The notes under the pieces are model-generated. The model saw only the letters and a program-made list of their open reading frames with translations. It was not told the origin of the DNA and ran no database searches. 64,000 nucleotides of DNA, from contig CBDETK010000013.1 in NCBI GenBank assembly GCA_965242865.1, positions 2,016,001 to 2,080,000 on the forward strand, given 5' to 3'. The stretch's first letter is position 1; the number at the start of each line of letters is the position of its first letter. The stretch is from Candidatus Latescibacterota bacterium. Its GTDB lineage: Bacteria > Latescibacterota > UBA2968 > UBA8231. This document shows, piece by piece, positions 27,479 to 37,960 of the stretch. Made by a program: the position numbers and the translations under genes.

Positions 27479-28600
27479 ATGAAAATACGCGACATCGACA
27501 CCATTTTGATCAACTCGCCGGGCCGCAAGTGGACGATAGTGCGGGTCTTTACAGACGAAGGACTCGTCGGCTTAGGCGAAGCCACATACTCCAACAAGGA
27601 GCCGGTGGTCGTCGCCGCAGTTGAGCACCTCAAACAGGAGTTGATCGGCGAAGACCCGGCGCGCATCGAGTACTTGTGGCACAAGCTCTATCGGCGCTCC
27701 TCCCTAAGCGGCATCTGGCGCATGGCGGGTCCCGTGTGGATGAGCGCCCTGAGCGGCATTGACCAAGCCCTGTGGGACATCAAGGGCAAGGTGGCGAACC
27801 TGCCCGTAGTTGAGTTGTTGGGCGGCAAGTTCCGCGACCGGGTCGAGGTCTATACGCACTTTGGCGGAGCCACGCCCGAAGATGCGGCGCAAATGGCGCG
27901 AGAAAAGGTAGCAGAGGGATACACCGCGCTCAAAGGCGGAGCGCGGTCGCGGAGTGGGTACAGCTTCGATCAGTATGCGGACGACGGTCATCCGGCCGAG
28001 ACAGCAGAGCACTTTGCCGCAGTGCGAGAAGCGGTCGGGCCGGATGTCAAGCTGTTGATCGATTGCCATGGCCGCTTCACGGTGGCCCAGTGCATCCGCT
28101 TGGCTCGTGCGATAGAGCCGTCCGACCTCTACGTGTTTGAAGACCCCGTGCCGCCGGAAGACCTCCACGCCTATCCAAAAGTGCGGCGGGAAATCTCCAT
28201 TCCGGTCATGGGCAGCGAGCGGCTCAACACCAAAAGCCACTACCGCCAACTGTTGGATCTAGACGGCATTGACGTGGCCCAACCCGACCTGATGTACGCC
28301 GGCGGGATCACCGAGGTCCGCAAAATCGCGGCCATTGCCGACACCTTTCACGTCCCCATATCGCCACATAACACCAAAGGCCCGGTCGGCATCATCGCGG
28401 CCGCTCATTTGATGGCTTCCATACCAAATGTGGCCCCCATGGAGTTCGTCACCGGCATTGCGTGGCGCGACGAGATCATCACCGAGCCGTTGCGGGTGGA
28501 GGACAGTTGCATCATGCTGCCGGAAGGGCCGGGTTTGGGAGTTGAACTGGACATGGAAGGGGTGGAAAAGCACCGCTGGCGAGTGGGCGATCCACACTGA
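27479..28600 (+). CDS. Mandelate racemase/enolase-superfamily dehydratase (DgoD-like)
   Basis: TDEG.VGLGE, SGIDQALWDIKGK, DCHG, EDP, QPD..AGGITE..KIA, PHN, PGLG. Confidence 0.85.
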   Translation: MKIRDIDTILINSPGRKWTIVRVFTDEGLVGLGEATYSNKEPVVVAAVEHLKQELIGEDPARIEYLWHKLYRRSSLSGIWRMAGPVWMSALSGIDQALWDIKGKVANLPVVELLGGKFRDRVEVYTHFGGATPEDAAQMAREKVAEGYTALKGGARSRSGYSFDQYADDGHPAETAEHFAAVREAVGPDVKLLIDCHGRFTVAQCIRLARAIEPSDLYVFEDPVPPEDLHAYPKVRREISIPVMGSERLNTKSHYRQLLDLDGIDVAQPDLMYAGGITEVRKIAAIADTFHVPISPHNTKGPVGIIAAAHLMASIPNVAPMEFVTGIAWRDEIITEPLRVEDSCIMLPEGPGLGVELDMEGVEKHRWRVGDPH

Positions 28601-28607
28601 GATGGCA

Positions 28608-28683
28608 TATAGCCGTCCTAAATGACTTGAAAGCATGTTTGCCTACGAGGCGTCATTCCCGCGAACGCGGGAATCCAGTCTTG
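28608..28683. mobile_element. Partial inverted copy of the 11957 MITE
   Basis: tatagccgtcctaaatga...tgcctacgag..gtcattcccgcgaacgcgggaatccagtcttg. Confidence 0.7.
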
Positions 28684-28684
28684 T

Positions 28685-30517
28685 TCATGCTTGATAGCGC
28701 TCGGCCTGCATCCTGAAAAACTTGGCGTAAATGCCGTCGAGTTGGATCAGTTCCTCGTGACTACCTTCCTCGCACAAACGGCCTTCATCGAGTACTAAGA
28801 CGCGGTTGGCGGCTCGGACGGTCGATAGCCGGTGCGATACCAAAATGGTGGTCTGGCTGCCGGCGATGTCCAGCAGCAGATTGTACAATTCGTACTCGGC
28901 TTCTGGGTCCATGGCGGCGGTTGGCTCGTCCAAGATGAGCACTTCGGCATCGGCCTTGTGCAGACAACGCGCCAAGGCCACGTGCTGCCACTGCCCAACC
29001 GACAAATCCGTGCCGTCTAGGGAACGCCCCAACGAGGTTTGTAGGCCGTCGGGCAACCCGGTGAGAACGCGGTCTAAACGGGCGGCACGGGCGACGGCCT
29101 CTGTGTCCGGTCTATCCACATCGCCGAGGCGAATGTTGTCTTCGACGGTTTGCTCGTACTGGGCAAAGTCCTGAAAGACTGCCGAGGTTGCCTCACGCAA
29201 GGCATTGGGGCTGTCGGCATGCACCACTTGACCGCGAAACAACACGGTTCCTTCGGTCGGTTCTAACAAGCCACATAGCAGCTTGGCCAACGTGGTCTTG
29301 CCCGCGCCGTTTCGACCCACGAGGGCTATCGTCTCAGAGTCGTAGAGGTCAAACGAGACATTGTGAAGTGCGTGACCGCGTTCTCCCGGGTACTGAAAGC
29401 TGACGTTCCTAAAACTAATCATCGGCTCGCGTACAGCCGGCGTCTCTGGTCGCACGGGCGGGGGTTGAGCCGTGGCATTTTTGTTGTCTTCGGGAAGGTT
29501 CATGAACTCAAAGTAGTCCGAGACGAATAAACCGCATCGGAACAACTGGGCAATGCCATTGGCCACGAGAGTTGTCGCTTGGCTAAACTGGACCGTGGCA
29601 GCCAATCCCATGGCCAAATCGCCCAGACTGATGCTGCCTTGACTGGCTCGCAGGAGGATGAAGGTATATATCGCCGCGGCGGCAGCGATTCTTGGGAACC
29701 CCGCGATGAGTACCACCTTGTTTCGTGCGAGGAATAGGACGCGATTTTCTCGGTAGCACTTCTCCCAAAGGGCTTTGTAGTTAGCCAACCAGTGTTGGGC
29801 GAACCCAAAGAGCCGCACCTCTTTTGCATAGGCGCGATCACACAGCACCTTTGCCTGATATTCAAGACGACGGCGATCCAAGCCCTGATAGTGGAAGAGT
29901 TCGTGGCCATCGAGTATGTAGCGAAGTTGTGCTAAAAAATAGGGGATTGCGGCGGCGATAACAAGGAGCGAAAGCCAACCACTAAACAGCGAGAGAAGAC
30001 CTGCAATCGAGACGATGCTTACAATGTTAGATATTGCTTGAAAGAGGAACATTGCTATGTATTCAAGCCAGACTTTTCCCTTTTCTGCCGCTTCTATCCT
30101 GTTATAAAAGGTAGGGTCCTCATAGTACCGATATGGAACCCTACTAGCCTTTGTGGCTAGATCGATCTGAGCCACATAATTGGCCCTTGTACCCAAAATC
30201 GAACGCATTGGACGCCACAGAACCTCCGTTGTCAATGCGGCGGTCCACACCGCGATTTGTCCTCCTATCAGTAGTCCGAGCGTTGTGTAATCTATCGGCT
30301 CATTGGCCTGATGAGCAACCCAGAGCAACTCGGCTTCATCAATCAATAATTTTGTAAGGTAGATAGAAATAGAAACCGCCACGCCGTCGTAGATCGTCAA
30401 CAGCACAGAAAAGATGAAATAGGCCCAACCGGCCCGTCTATATAAATTCATTAGCTGAGGAATGAGGGTTGAAAAACGCCATAAGCCAGACGCAACCTCA
30501 CGGAGTTTATATCCCAT
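28685..30517 (-). CDS. ABC exporter, fused permease/ATPase
   Basis: TM region, AKEVRLF, GRNGAGKTT, LSVGQWQ, ILDEPT, SHRLST. Confidence 0.9.
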   Translation of the reverse strand: MGYKLREVASGLWRFSTLIPQLMNLYRRAGWAYFIFSVLLTIYDGVAVSISIYLTKLLIDEAELLWVAHQANEPIDYTTLGLLIGGQIAVWTAALTTEVLWRPMRSILGTRANYVAQIDLATKASRVPYRYYEDPTFYNRIEAAEKGKVWLEYIAMFLFQAISNIVSIVSIAGLLSLFSGWLSLLVIAAAIPYFLAQLRYILDGHELFHYQGLDRRRLEYQAKVLCDRAYAKEVRLFGFAQHWLANYKALWEKCYRENRVLFLARNKVVLIAGFPRIAAAAAIYTFILLRASQGSISLGDLAMGLAATVQFSQATTLVANGIAQLFRCGLFVSDYFEFMNLPEDNKNATAQPPPVRPETPAVREPMISFRNVSFQYPGERGHALHNVSFDLYDSETIALVGRNGAGKTTLAKLLCGLLEPTEGTVLFRGQVVHADSPNALREATSAVFQDFAQYEQTVEDNIRLGDVDRPDTEAVARAARLDRVLTGLPDGLQTSLGRSLDGTDLSVGQWQHVALARCLHKADAEVLILDEPTAAMDPEAEYELYNLLLDIAGSQTTILVSHRLSTVRAANRVLVLDEGRLCEEGSHEELIQLDGIYAKFFRMQAERYQA

Positions 30518-30620
30518 AATGACACCTATTCATTTACAGTGGATTCGTTTTCGTCTGCTAAACCGGCGGGGAAACTCTATATTTCCAATAACCGAAGCAA
30601 GAGAAAAATTGAGGATTGCC

Positions 30621-33080
30621 ATGAAGAGCATTGCGATTGGGATCTCAACCCTGCTGACGGCAGCGGCGGCGTGGGGCCAAGCGTACCAACTCGACGACAA
30701 CGGGTTGAACGTCGCTGCCGAGCACTGGCCGGCGTGGAACTTCCCGGCGGGCAGTTTGGACTTCAGCGCCGAGGGCGTCCGGCCCGCCTTTGTCCGCGAG
30801 CAGGTCAACGCCGCCTTGGACGCCAGCGCATTCATATATGCAGACGGGCAGGGCGGCATCCGCAGCGCTGGAACCAACCTCGCGGGAGCCGCCAACATCC
30901 TAGATGGCCGGGAGGACACCTTCTGGGAACCGGATTTGGCGGACGCGCTCGACCAGTGGTGGGTCGAAATCGACTTGGGCCGGCTGGTGTGGGCGCAGAA
31001 GGTGGTCGTGAAATTCGCCGCGGAAGGCGCGGGCGATCCATTCCTCCAGTTCAAGGTGCTCACCGCCAACGGCGATCCCGCCTTCCTGCAAAGCGAGTCC
31101 TTCAACTACCTGCCCGCCGGCCACAGCGAGGGATTAAACAAATCCCAGCGCGTCTATGAGTTCGAGTTGCAACCGACCCGCACAGTGGACCCGGGGCTTA
31201 CCGGCCGTCTGATTCAGTTTCTCCAAGTGGTGGCGACGGCCAGCGACTTGGGCCGAGCCGAGCAAATCAGTGCCGCACGCTGGAACAGTCTGCCAGAGCA
31301 AGAACGCGGCGATGTGCTCTACTTTCGCCGCGAGTCTTCCGGCGTTTTGCGGCCCATAGATCGAGCGGCTTATGAAGCCATTGAGGCGCGATGGCAAGGC
31401 CCGGTCCAATACTATCGCCGAGAGAAGCCGCGGCTGACCGAAGTCGAGGTGTGGACCGTGGGCGATAACATTAGCTTGGGCGCGCTGGAACGCGGCGGAG
31501 AGATTATCGGCTACGGCAACTTGGGCGCGGAAAAGCTAACCGTAGATGGCGAATGGGGATCCTTTTGGAGCGTGGAAGTGGGCTTTAGCGGCAACGATCC
31601 AGCGGTTGTATTTCAGGATCCGCATCGCAACATTTATTTCGACTTGGGAACTTGGTACTGGGTCAACCGCGCCGCCATCGTCTTTGGCGATAGGTATAGC
31701 CGAGCGTTCCCCAATTACGGGATCGCGCTTTCCGATGGCCGCCGAGCACCGGACGGCAGCTTGAGCTACGTCGCATTGACCGGGCGCGGCCCAGAAGATG
31801 CGATCGAGCATCGCAGCCTGCTCTTTCAGGACAATGTATTTCCGCTGACCAAGGCGCGTTACTTCAGGATGAATTATACCTTGGTCGAGCAGTCGGCCCG
31901 CCCGGCCATCCGCGAAATACAGCTATACGGCCGCGGCTTCCTCCCCGAAGTGTCGCTCGCGTCTGAGCCGATTGAATTGGGGCGCACGCCCCGCATTCTG
32001 TCGGCCATGCACTGGACGGCCCACGCGCCGCCCGGCACCCAAGTGCGCGTCCGCACCCGCAGTGGGAACCAACTCGACCAGCACATCCGCTACTTTACGA
32101 GCACGGGCCAAGAAGTGAACGAGGCCAAGTACCGCAAACTGCTCAGCTTTCAGCGCGGCGATTCGACCGTTACCATCATCCCCGGCCCGGATTGGAGCCC
32201 TTGGAGCTTGCCTAATTTGGTCTCGGGCGCGCCCATCACTTCGCCGAGTCCGCGCCGCTATGTGATGATCGAGGCGACCCTGTGCTCAGACGATCCCGAC
32301 GCGGCCGCCTTGCTGCGCTCCTTGCGCCTCGCGCTAGACGCGCCGCTCGCCAACCAAATCCGCGGCGAGCTCGCCCCCAACAAAACGCTCCAGCGCGGGC
32401 GGCCCCAGACCTTCACTTTGCTCTTGCAGCCCGCGTTCCAAGACGGCAACCGCGGGTTCGACCAAGTGCTGGTGGAGCTGCCACCGGGCGCGGAGGTGGA
32501 CCTGATCGACGGAGCCGTAGGCGCGGAGCAATATGGACGCGAGCAGTTGGAGCGGCTGCCGACCGGCGCGGATTCCCTGTGGGTGCGGCTGCCCTCGCCA
32601 GTCGTGCCGGGACAGGATCGCGTGTCGTTGCGCTTTTCCGGCACGCTCTACTTAGTGAGCAACGCCTTTGCCGTACAGGTCGGGCACGGCCCAGTGTGGC
32701 AGCGCGTGGACGCGGGCCGCAGCCTGACCGTGTTCACGCCCTTTACCAAAGCGGTTTTGGGTGCGGTGACCGCGTCGTCCAATCCGTTTACGCCCAATGG
32801 AGACGGGATCAACGACGTGGTGGAATTGGCGTTTCCAGTGTTCCAAGTGCAAGGCGCCAAGGCGTTGGTTCTGGAGGTCTATGGGCTAGACGGCGAGCGC
32901 GTACAGCGCATTGAGCAGGCGGCCGCGACCGCTGCCGGGCACCAGCGGCTGACTTGGGATGGCCGCGACCACACAGGTCGGTTGCTGCCGCCGGGACTGT
33001 ATTTGTGTCGCGTCGGCGTGGAAGTGGACGCCGAAGGCGAGCAAACCACGAGCACCAAACTCGTCGCTAGCGTGTACTGA
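30621..33080 (+). CDS. Large secreted protein with discoidin-like modules and C-terminal FlgD-Ig domain
   Basis: Signal peptide AWG; DG..TFW, EIDLG, NPFTPNGDGIND, WDGRD..G....PGLY. Confidence 0.75.
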   Translation: MKSIAIGISTLLTAAAAWGQAYQLDDNGLNVAAEHWPAWNFPAGSLDFSAEGVRPAFVREQVNAALDASAFIYADGQGGIRSAGTNLAGAANILDGREDTFWEPDLADALDQWWVEIDLGRLVWAQKVVVKFAAEGAGDPFLQFKVLTANGDPAFLQSESFNYLPAGHSEGLNKSQRVYEFELQPTRTVDPGLTGRLIQFLQVVATASDLGRAEQISAARWNSLPEQERGDVLYFRRESSGVLRPIDRAAYEAIEARWQGPVQYYRREKPRLTEVEVWTVGDNISLGALERGGEIIGYGNLGAEKLTVDGEWGSFWSVEVGFSGNDPAVVFQDPHRNIYFDLGTWYWVNRAAIVFGDRYSRAFPNYGIALSDGRRAPDGSLSYVALTGRGPEDAIEHRSLLFQDNVFPLTKARYFRMNYTLVEQSARPAIREIQLYGRGFLPEVSLASEPIELGRTPRILSAMHWTAHAPPGTQVRVRTRSGNQLDQHIRYFTSTGQEVNEAKYRKLLSFQRGDSTVTIIPGPDWSPWSLPNLVSGAPITSPSPRRYVMIEATLCSDDPDAAALLRSLRLALDAPLANQIRGELAPNKTLQRGRPQTFTLLLQPAFQDGNRGFDQVLVELPPGAEVDLIDGAVGAEQYGREQLERLPTGADSLWVRLPSPVVPGQDRVSLRFSGTLYLVSNAFAVQVGHGPVWQRVDAGRSLTVFTPFTKAVLGAVTASSNPFTPNGDGINDVVELAFPVFQVQGAKALVLEVYGLDGERVQRIEQAAATAAGHQRLTWDGRDHTGRLLPPGLYLCRVGVEVDAEGEQTTSTKLVASVY

Positions 33081-33112
33081 TTCCTCGGTAGAGCGGGCGA
33101 TTGGACAGGGCC

Positions 33113-33310
33113 GTCTGTTTCAACGACACCATCTATCTATTCGAGTTCAAGGTGATCGAGATGGCGTCTGTGGGTGGGGCGATGGCACAATTGCAGGCGA
33201 AGCGGTATGCAGACAAGTATCGCGGTTTGGGTCAGCCGATTTACCTGATTGCCGTAGAATTTAGCAAGGACACCCGCAACTTGAGGGCATTCGAGGCGAC
33301 CCTCGCCTGA
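33113..33310 (+). pseudogene. C-terminal fragment of AAA-associated PD-(D/E)XK nuclease
   Basis: IYLFEFKV...AMAQL..KRYADKY....PIYLIAVEFS..RNL; no N-terminal part. Confidence 0.65.
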
Positions 33311-33336
33311 GTATTACCCAGCCGTAAGGGCCTACT

Positions 33337-34965
33337 TTGACCGCGTCTTTCTCCAACAAGGTGTTCAGCACCCTCTGCGCGACCGTGCTATGGATGTGCG
33401 GCGTTGCAGCCGAGCCGCTTGCGCCCTTCGTCGATGTGGCCGCCGAACTTGGCCTGACCCGCGTCCACGCGAGCGGCAGCTTAGAGAAAGGCTATATCCC
33501 CGAGGCCAAAGGGGGCGGCACGGCCGCGCTCGACTTTGATCGCGATGGAGACCAAGACCTCTATTGGGTCAATGGACAAGGCGGCGGGCACGCACTCTTC
33601 CGCAACGATGGCCCGACCGGCTTTGTCGATGTGGGCGAGGCACTCGGGACCGCCGGCCACGGCTGGGGCATGGGTGCGACGAGCGTGGATTTTGACAACG
33701 ATGGCGACCCAGACCTGTACGCGACCCAACTGCGGGAAAATGTGCTCTTCCGCAACGACGGCGCGGCCTTCGCGGATGTGGGCGCGGCGGTAGGTGTGGC
33801 TACGTCTCATTGGAGCACGGGCGCGGCTTGGGCCGACTACGACCGCGACGGCGACCTCGACCTATACGTGGCGAGCTATGCGATATTCGATTCCGCTGCG
33901 ATTGAACGCTTGGGGGCGCAGTGGAAGGGAGTCGATGTCTTCGTCGGCCCGAGGGGATTGATGGGAGCTGCGGATGTGTTTTATCGCAACGATGGCGGTG
34001 AATTTGCCGACATCACCGCTTGGGCGCGCCTCAATCACCCTTCCCCGGGCTACGGCTTGGGCGTCCTGTTTGCGGACGCGGACGCCGACGGCTGGCCCGA
34101 CCTGTTTGTGGCCAACGACTCTAGCCCGAACTTTTTTTATCGCAACCGCGGCGATGGTCGCTTTACCGACCGCTCCCTCCCGGCTCGTTTGGCTTATGGC
34201 CGCAGCGGGCAAATCCAAGCGAGCATGGGGGTGGCTTGGGGCGACTACGACAACGACGGCCGCCCGGACTTGCTCGCCACGCATTTTGAAGACGAGTACA
34301 ATACCCTCTATCGCAACGAGGGCGACGGCACCTTTGCGGATGTCAGCGCAGAAGCGGCCTTGGCGCGGGCTGGGAGGGCATACGTGAGCTTTGGCGCGGG
34401 GTTTTTTGACTTTGACCACGATGGCGACCTCGATTTGTTGGTAGCCAATGGTCACGTGTATCCGCAGATTGACCGCAGCGGCAGCGGCCGTGCTTATGCC
34501 CAGCCCAATCAGCTTTTTGCCAATGTTGGCGACGGTACGTTTACTCCAGTCGCGCTCGGCCCCCAAGTGCCCCGCGTCAGCCGAGGCACCAACCTGCTCG
34601 ACTTTGACGACGATGGCGACTTGGATGTTTTCGTTGCCAATCTCGACGATCGGCCCTCGTTGTTGCGAAACGATGTGGGCAACCGGCGGAATTGGCTGGG
34701 CCTGCGCTTGGTGGGTACGCGCAGCAACCGCGACGGCATTGGCGCTCGGGTGCGACTCGTCGCTGGCCAGCGGACGCAGATCCGCGACCTCGTCTGCGGC
34801 AGCAGTTTTCTTTCCAGCGAGGACCGCCGCCTTCATTTTGGACTGGGGCGCGTCGAGCAGGTCGATACGCTCGAAGTGCGCTGGCCCGATCAACGCCGCG
34901 AAATTTTTACCGATTTGCCGGTCAATCGGTATTTAATTGTCAAAGAAGGAACATGCGCTTATTAA
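33337..34965 (+). CDS. CRTAC1/ASPIC-UnbV family FG-GAP repeat protein
   Basis: Repeated DFDNDGD.DL, SNRDGIGARV, SFLSS....LHFGLG, V.WP. Confidence 0.9.
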   Translation: MTASFSNKVFSTLCATVLWMCGVAAEPLAPFVDVAAELGLTRVHASGSLEKGYIPEAKGGGTAALDFDRDGDQDLYWVNGQGGGHALFRNDGPTGFVDVGEALGTAGHGWGMGATSVDFDNDGDPDLYATQLRENVLFRNDGAAFADVGAAVGVATSHWSTGAAWADYDRDGDLDLYVASYAIFDSAAIERLGAQWKGVDVFVGPRGLMGAADVFYRNDGGEFADITAWARLNHPSPGYGLGVLFADADADGWPDLFVANDSSPNFFYRNRGDGRFTDRSLPARLAYGRSGQIQASMGVAWGDYDNDGRPDLLATHFEDEYNTLYRNEGDGTFADVSAEAALARAGRAYVSFGAGFFDFDHDGDLDLLVANGHVYPQIDRSGSGRAYAQPNQLFANVGDGTFTPVALGPQVPRVSRGTNLLDFDDDGDLDVFVANLDDRPSLLRNDVGNRRNWLGLRLVGTRSNRDGIGARVRLVAGQRTQIRDLVCGSSFLSSEDRRLHFGLGRVEQVDTLEVRWPDQRREIFTDLPVNRYLIVKEGTCAY

Positions 34966-35828
34966 ATGCTCTTACATTCATCGCGGCCCTGTTGGCGGCC
35001 AGCCCAGCCGCCGCCGAACTGTCGCTTTCCCAGCTCAGCGACGCGGTATATGTGTTGCAAGGCGGGGGCGGCAATGTCGGGGTTTGCGTCGGCCGCGATG
35101 GCATTCTTTTGGTAGATGCCAAGTTGGCGTCGCAGGCCGAGGCAGTGCGCGCCGCGCTAGCCCGTTTTGCCAGCCAACCCCAGTACATCTTCAACACGCA
35201 TTTCCACGCCGACCACACCGGCGGCAACCGCGCCTTGGGCCAACAGGCGACGATTTTGGCGCATGCCAACGTCCGCAAACGCTTGGCCACGGGGGGTGAA
35301 TTTGGCAAGCGGTTCGTTGAGGCTGCGCCGGCGGATGCCTTGCCAAAAATTGCGTTTGAGCAGTCGGCGTCCGTGTTCTTTAACGGCGAGGAAATCCGCG
35401 CCGTTCACTTCCCCCACGGCCATACCGACGGCGACATCGCCGTATTTTTCGTCAACGCCCAAATTGCCCATCTCGGCGACCTGTTCTTCAACGGCCTCTT
35501 CCCCTTTGTCGATTTAGAGTACGGCGGCGATGTCGAGACCCTGACGCAGCACATCGCCACGCTCATCGACCAGCTTCCCGCAGACGCCAAAATCATCCCC
35601 GGCCACGGTCCGGTCGCCACCCTCGACGACCTAAAGACCTACCATCGCATGTTGGTGGAAACCACGACCCGTGTGCGGACGCGCCGGGACGCGGGCATGT
35701 CCCTCGACCAAATCCGCGCAGAGGGGCTCGATCCGCAATGGGCGTCGTGGGAGTGGGCTTTCGTGCCAACGCCGCGCTGGATCGAAACGATCTATTGGAG
35801 CTTGGAAGCGGAGGGAAGGAGCGATTGA
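34953..35828 (+). CDS. Secreted MBL-fold metallo-hydrolase (cyclase-like)
   Basis: THFHADHTGGN, GHTDGD, HLGDL, IPGHG. Confidence 0.9.
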   Translation: MRLLNALTFIAALLAASPAAAELSLSQLSDAVYVLQGGGGNVGVCVGRDGILLVDAKLASQAEAVRAALARFASQPQYIFNTHFHADHTGGNRALGQQATILAHANVRKRLATGGEFGKRFVEAAPADALPKIAFEQSASVFFNGEEIRAVHFPHGHTDGDIAVFFVNAQIAHLGDLFFNGLFPFVDLEYGGDVETLTQHIATLIDQLPADAKIIPGHGPVATLDDLKTYHRMLVETTTRVRTRRDAGMSLDQIRAEGLDPQWASWEWAFVPTPRWIETIYWSLEAEGRSD

Positions 35829-35829
35829 T

Positions 35830-35952
35830 GAGCAGTCGTTGGCACAGATCGTTGCTGGTGGTAAGGCCCAGCGAATCACATGCAAGCCAGAATCCTCCGA
35901 TTCCGCAGAAGAGTTCAACGGCATTGACGCCACTGCCGAGTTGCTGTGTCAA
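35830..35952 (-). pseudogene. N-terminal fragment of a C5-cytosine DNA methyltransferase
   Basis: SD aaggagg then TQQLGSGVNAVELFCGIGGF.LACDSLG...ND (motif I); similarity stops after about 35-40 codons. Confidence 0.6.
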
Positions 35953-36013
35953 CGGTTTTTCCAACCTCCTTCTTTGGTGATTCTCGCAAAGCCGACTTGC
36001 GAAATTCTGTCGC

Positions 36014-37912
36014 TCATCGCAGATGCCAGTCCGCGTCTTCAAGCGCCTCGTAGATCACGCCGCCCTCCACTTGCGCCGGCATGGGGATGCCCAGCAAGTA
36101 GCACAGCGTCGGCGCGACATCCACCGCCCGCACCTGCCGCTCGAGTGCCAGCCCTTGCTTTACGCCGGCACCGGCCAGCACGAACGTGCAGTGTTGCCCG
36201 CCAATGCCGAGCGTGGCCGAGGGCAGTTGCTTGCCGTGCGCTCCGTCGTATTCGGGCCGCAGTGCATAGACCACGTCGCCGACGAGTTCACCCGCCAGAT
36301 TGACCATTTCCGCGTCTGCTCGCGTCAGGGCGAGGGCAAAAGGACAGCGGCCGGTCTGCGGATGGCGATAGGCGTGGAGGGCTTCGATGAGGTCGAGCTG
36401 GGTCTGCTCGTACGCGCTGGGCTCGACGATTCCGGTAGGCTCGCGTCCCTTGAGATTGATGAAGATGTGGACCAGCCCTACGTGGGCCGCCCGCGTCCGC
36501 TGCCAGTCAATCTGGCTTTTCGCAGCATCTGCATAGACCAAAAAGCCCGCTTGTTCCAGCACCTCGGCGATATCGACTGGCTGGTGCTGGTTGGGGGTGC
36601 CGCCGTGGTCCGAGACGACCGCGACAACTGCGTCGGCGTCGGCCAGCTCGACTAAGCGGCCGATCATGCGATCGATGGAGGCGTAGGTCTGGGCCACGCC
36701 CGCTTGGCAGCGCGCCAGCGTGTGCGCGTCGGCCCCGCTGCATGCGTCGGCCTGCGACAGGAAGAAGTGGCTGGTGTAGTCCGAGGCGTGGGTCTCGATG
36801 AACAGCACGTCCCAGTCGTTGCGCTCGGTCAGGTAGAAAGCCACATCGGCCAACCGCTGGTGGTGGAATTCCAACAACTCGAAATAGGTCGCGTCATCGA
36901 CCACGCCCAAGGCGTCGCGCCCTGGGTTTTGCAGGAAGTTGCCGACGTGTTGATCGAGCTGCTGCGCCACTTCGGCCGGCTGGGTGTAGCCGGTCGCCGG
37001 CCAGATCTGCGGCACAAAAAGCTCGAAGACATCCCCGGCCGCGCTCAGGCTGACCAGCTTCATGCGGAGGTAGCCGGCGAGAGCTTGGCCGTCGATCGCA
37101 AAGTCGTCCTTCCACCACTCGGTCCACTCGCCCACCGCCAGCTCGGCGACTCGATCGCCCGCATCGCGGCTGCGGCAAACGAGCAGCCGGTCGTACCCCT
37201 CGTCGCCCGAGGCGTATATCAGACCGTAGAAATGCTTGGGCGTCCCTTGGCGGCCTAAGTACATAGTCGGTCGCCCGCGCTTGAGCGGCTCGATGACCAA
37301 CTCCACTTCTTTGGGCGGTCGCGCGGATGCGGGCGCGTTTTGCCATCCTTCGGCCGGGACGATCTCCACCGGATCGACGCTGCGGACCTTTTGCAAGGCA
37401 CTGGGGTCCAAGGTCTCTGGGTCGCGCGGCCCCCCGATTGGCCGGGGCGTCCAGCCGCCGCCGACAAAGAGATGGTAGCCGGCGATCTGATGCACATTGG
37501 ATACGCCCGGGCCAGTGCCTTCGACTTGGATGCCGGTTTGCACGGTCGGCGGCCACGACATCTCCCATTTGACCAGAATGGGCTTTTTGCCCACCCGCTC
37601 AACCGTGTTCCACAAGTACTCGGCCTGCGACAGCGCGGTGTTGATGCCCCACACTGTCTCGTCGAGACGCCCTCCTAGCTTGCGGATCCCGAAGTCCATC
37701 ACTTGATGGGTCCCGGCCCAAGCCCCGGTCGAAGTGGCCGTCCAGCCGGGCGGGGTCAGAGTTGGAAAAACGCCGATCATGGGCCGGTGGACGCCCCGCG
37801 CCATGAGCTGGCCTAAATGGGGCATCTGACCTTGATCTACCAGATGTTGCACCAATTCCATGGCGGCTCCGTCCATGCCGATGACGATGGCGCGTTTGGC
37901 TGGGCTGTTCAT
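36014..37912 (-). CDS. Alkaline phosphatase superfamily (nucleotide pyrophosphatase/phosphodiesterase-like)
   Basis: IVIGMDGA, PTLTPPGW...TG, VVSDHG, INLKGREP.G.V, DVAPT. Confidence 0.85.
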   Translation of the reverse strand: MNSPAKRAIVIGMDGAAMELVQHLVDQGQMPHLGQLMARGVHRPMIGVFPTLTPPGWTATSTGAWAGTHQVMDFGIRKLGGRLDETVWGINTALSQAEYLWNTVERVGKKPILVKWEMSWPPTVQTGIQVEGTGPGVSNVHQIAGYHLFVGGGWTPRPIGGPRDPETLDPSALQKVRSVDPVEIVPAEGWQNAPASARPPKEVELVIEPLKRGRPTMYLGRQGTPKHFYGLIYASGDEGYDRLLVCRSRDAGDRVAELAVGEWTEWWKDDFAIDGQALAGYLRMKLVSLSAAGDVFELFVPQIWPATGYTQPAEVAQQLDQHVGNFLQNPGRDALGVVDDATYFELLEFHHQRLADVAFYLTERNDWDVLFIETHASDYTSHFFLSQADACSGADAHTLARCQAGVAQTYASIDRMIGRLVELADADAVVAVVSDHGGTPNQHQPVDIAEVLEQAGFLVYADAAKSQIDWQRTRAAHVGLVHIFINLKGREPTGIVEPSAYEQTQLDLIEALHAYRHPQTGRCPFALALTRADAEMVNLAGELVGDVVYALRPEYDGAHGKQLPSATLGIGGQHCTFVLAGAGVKQGLALERQVRAVDVAPTLCYLLGIPMPAQVEGGVIYEALEDADWHLR

Positions 37913-37960
37913 TAGATAAGCTCCTCGTTGCGAATGGTTGGTCTCTGCGATTTTGTGCAA

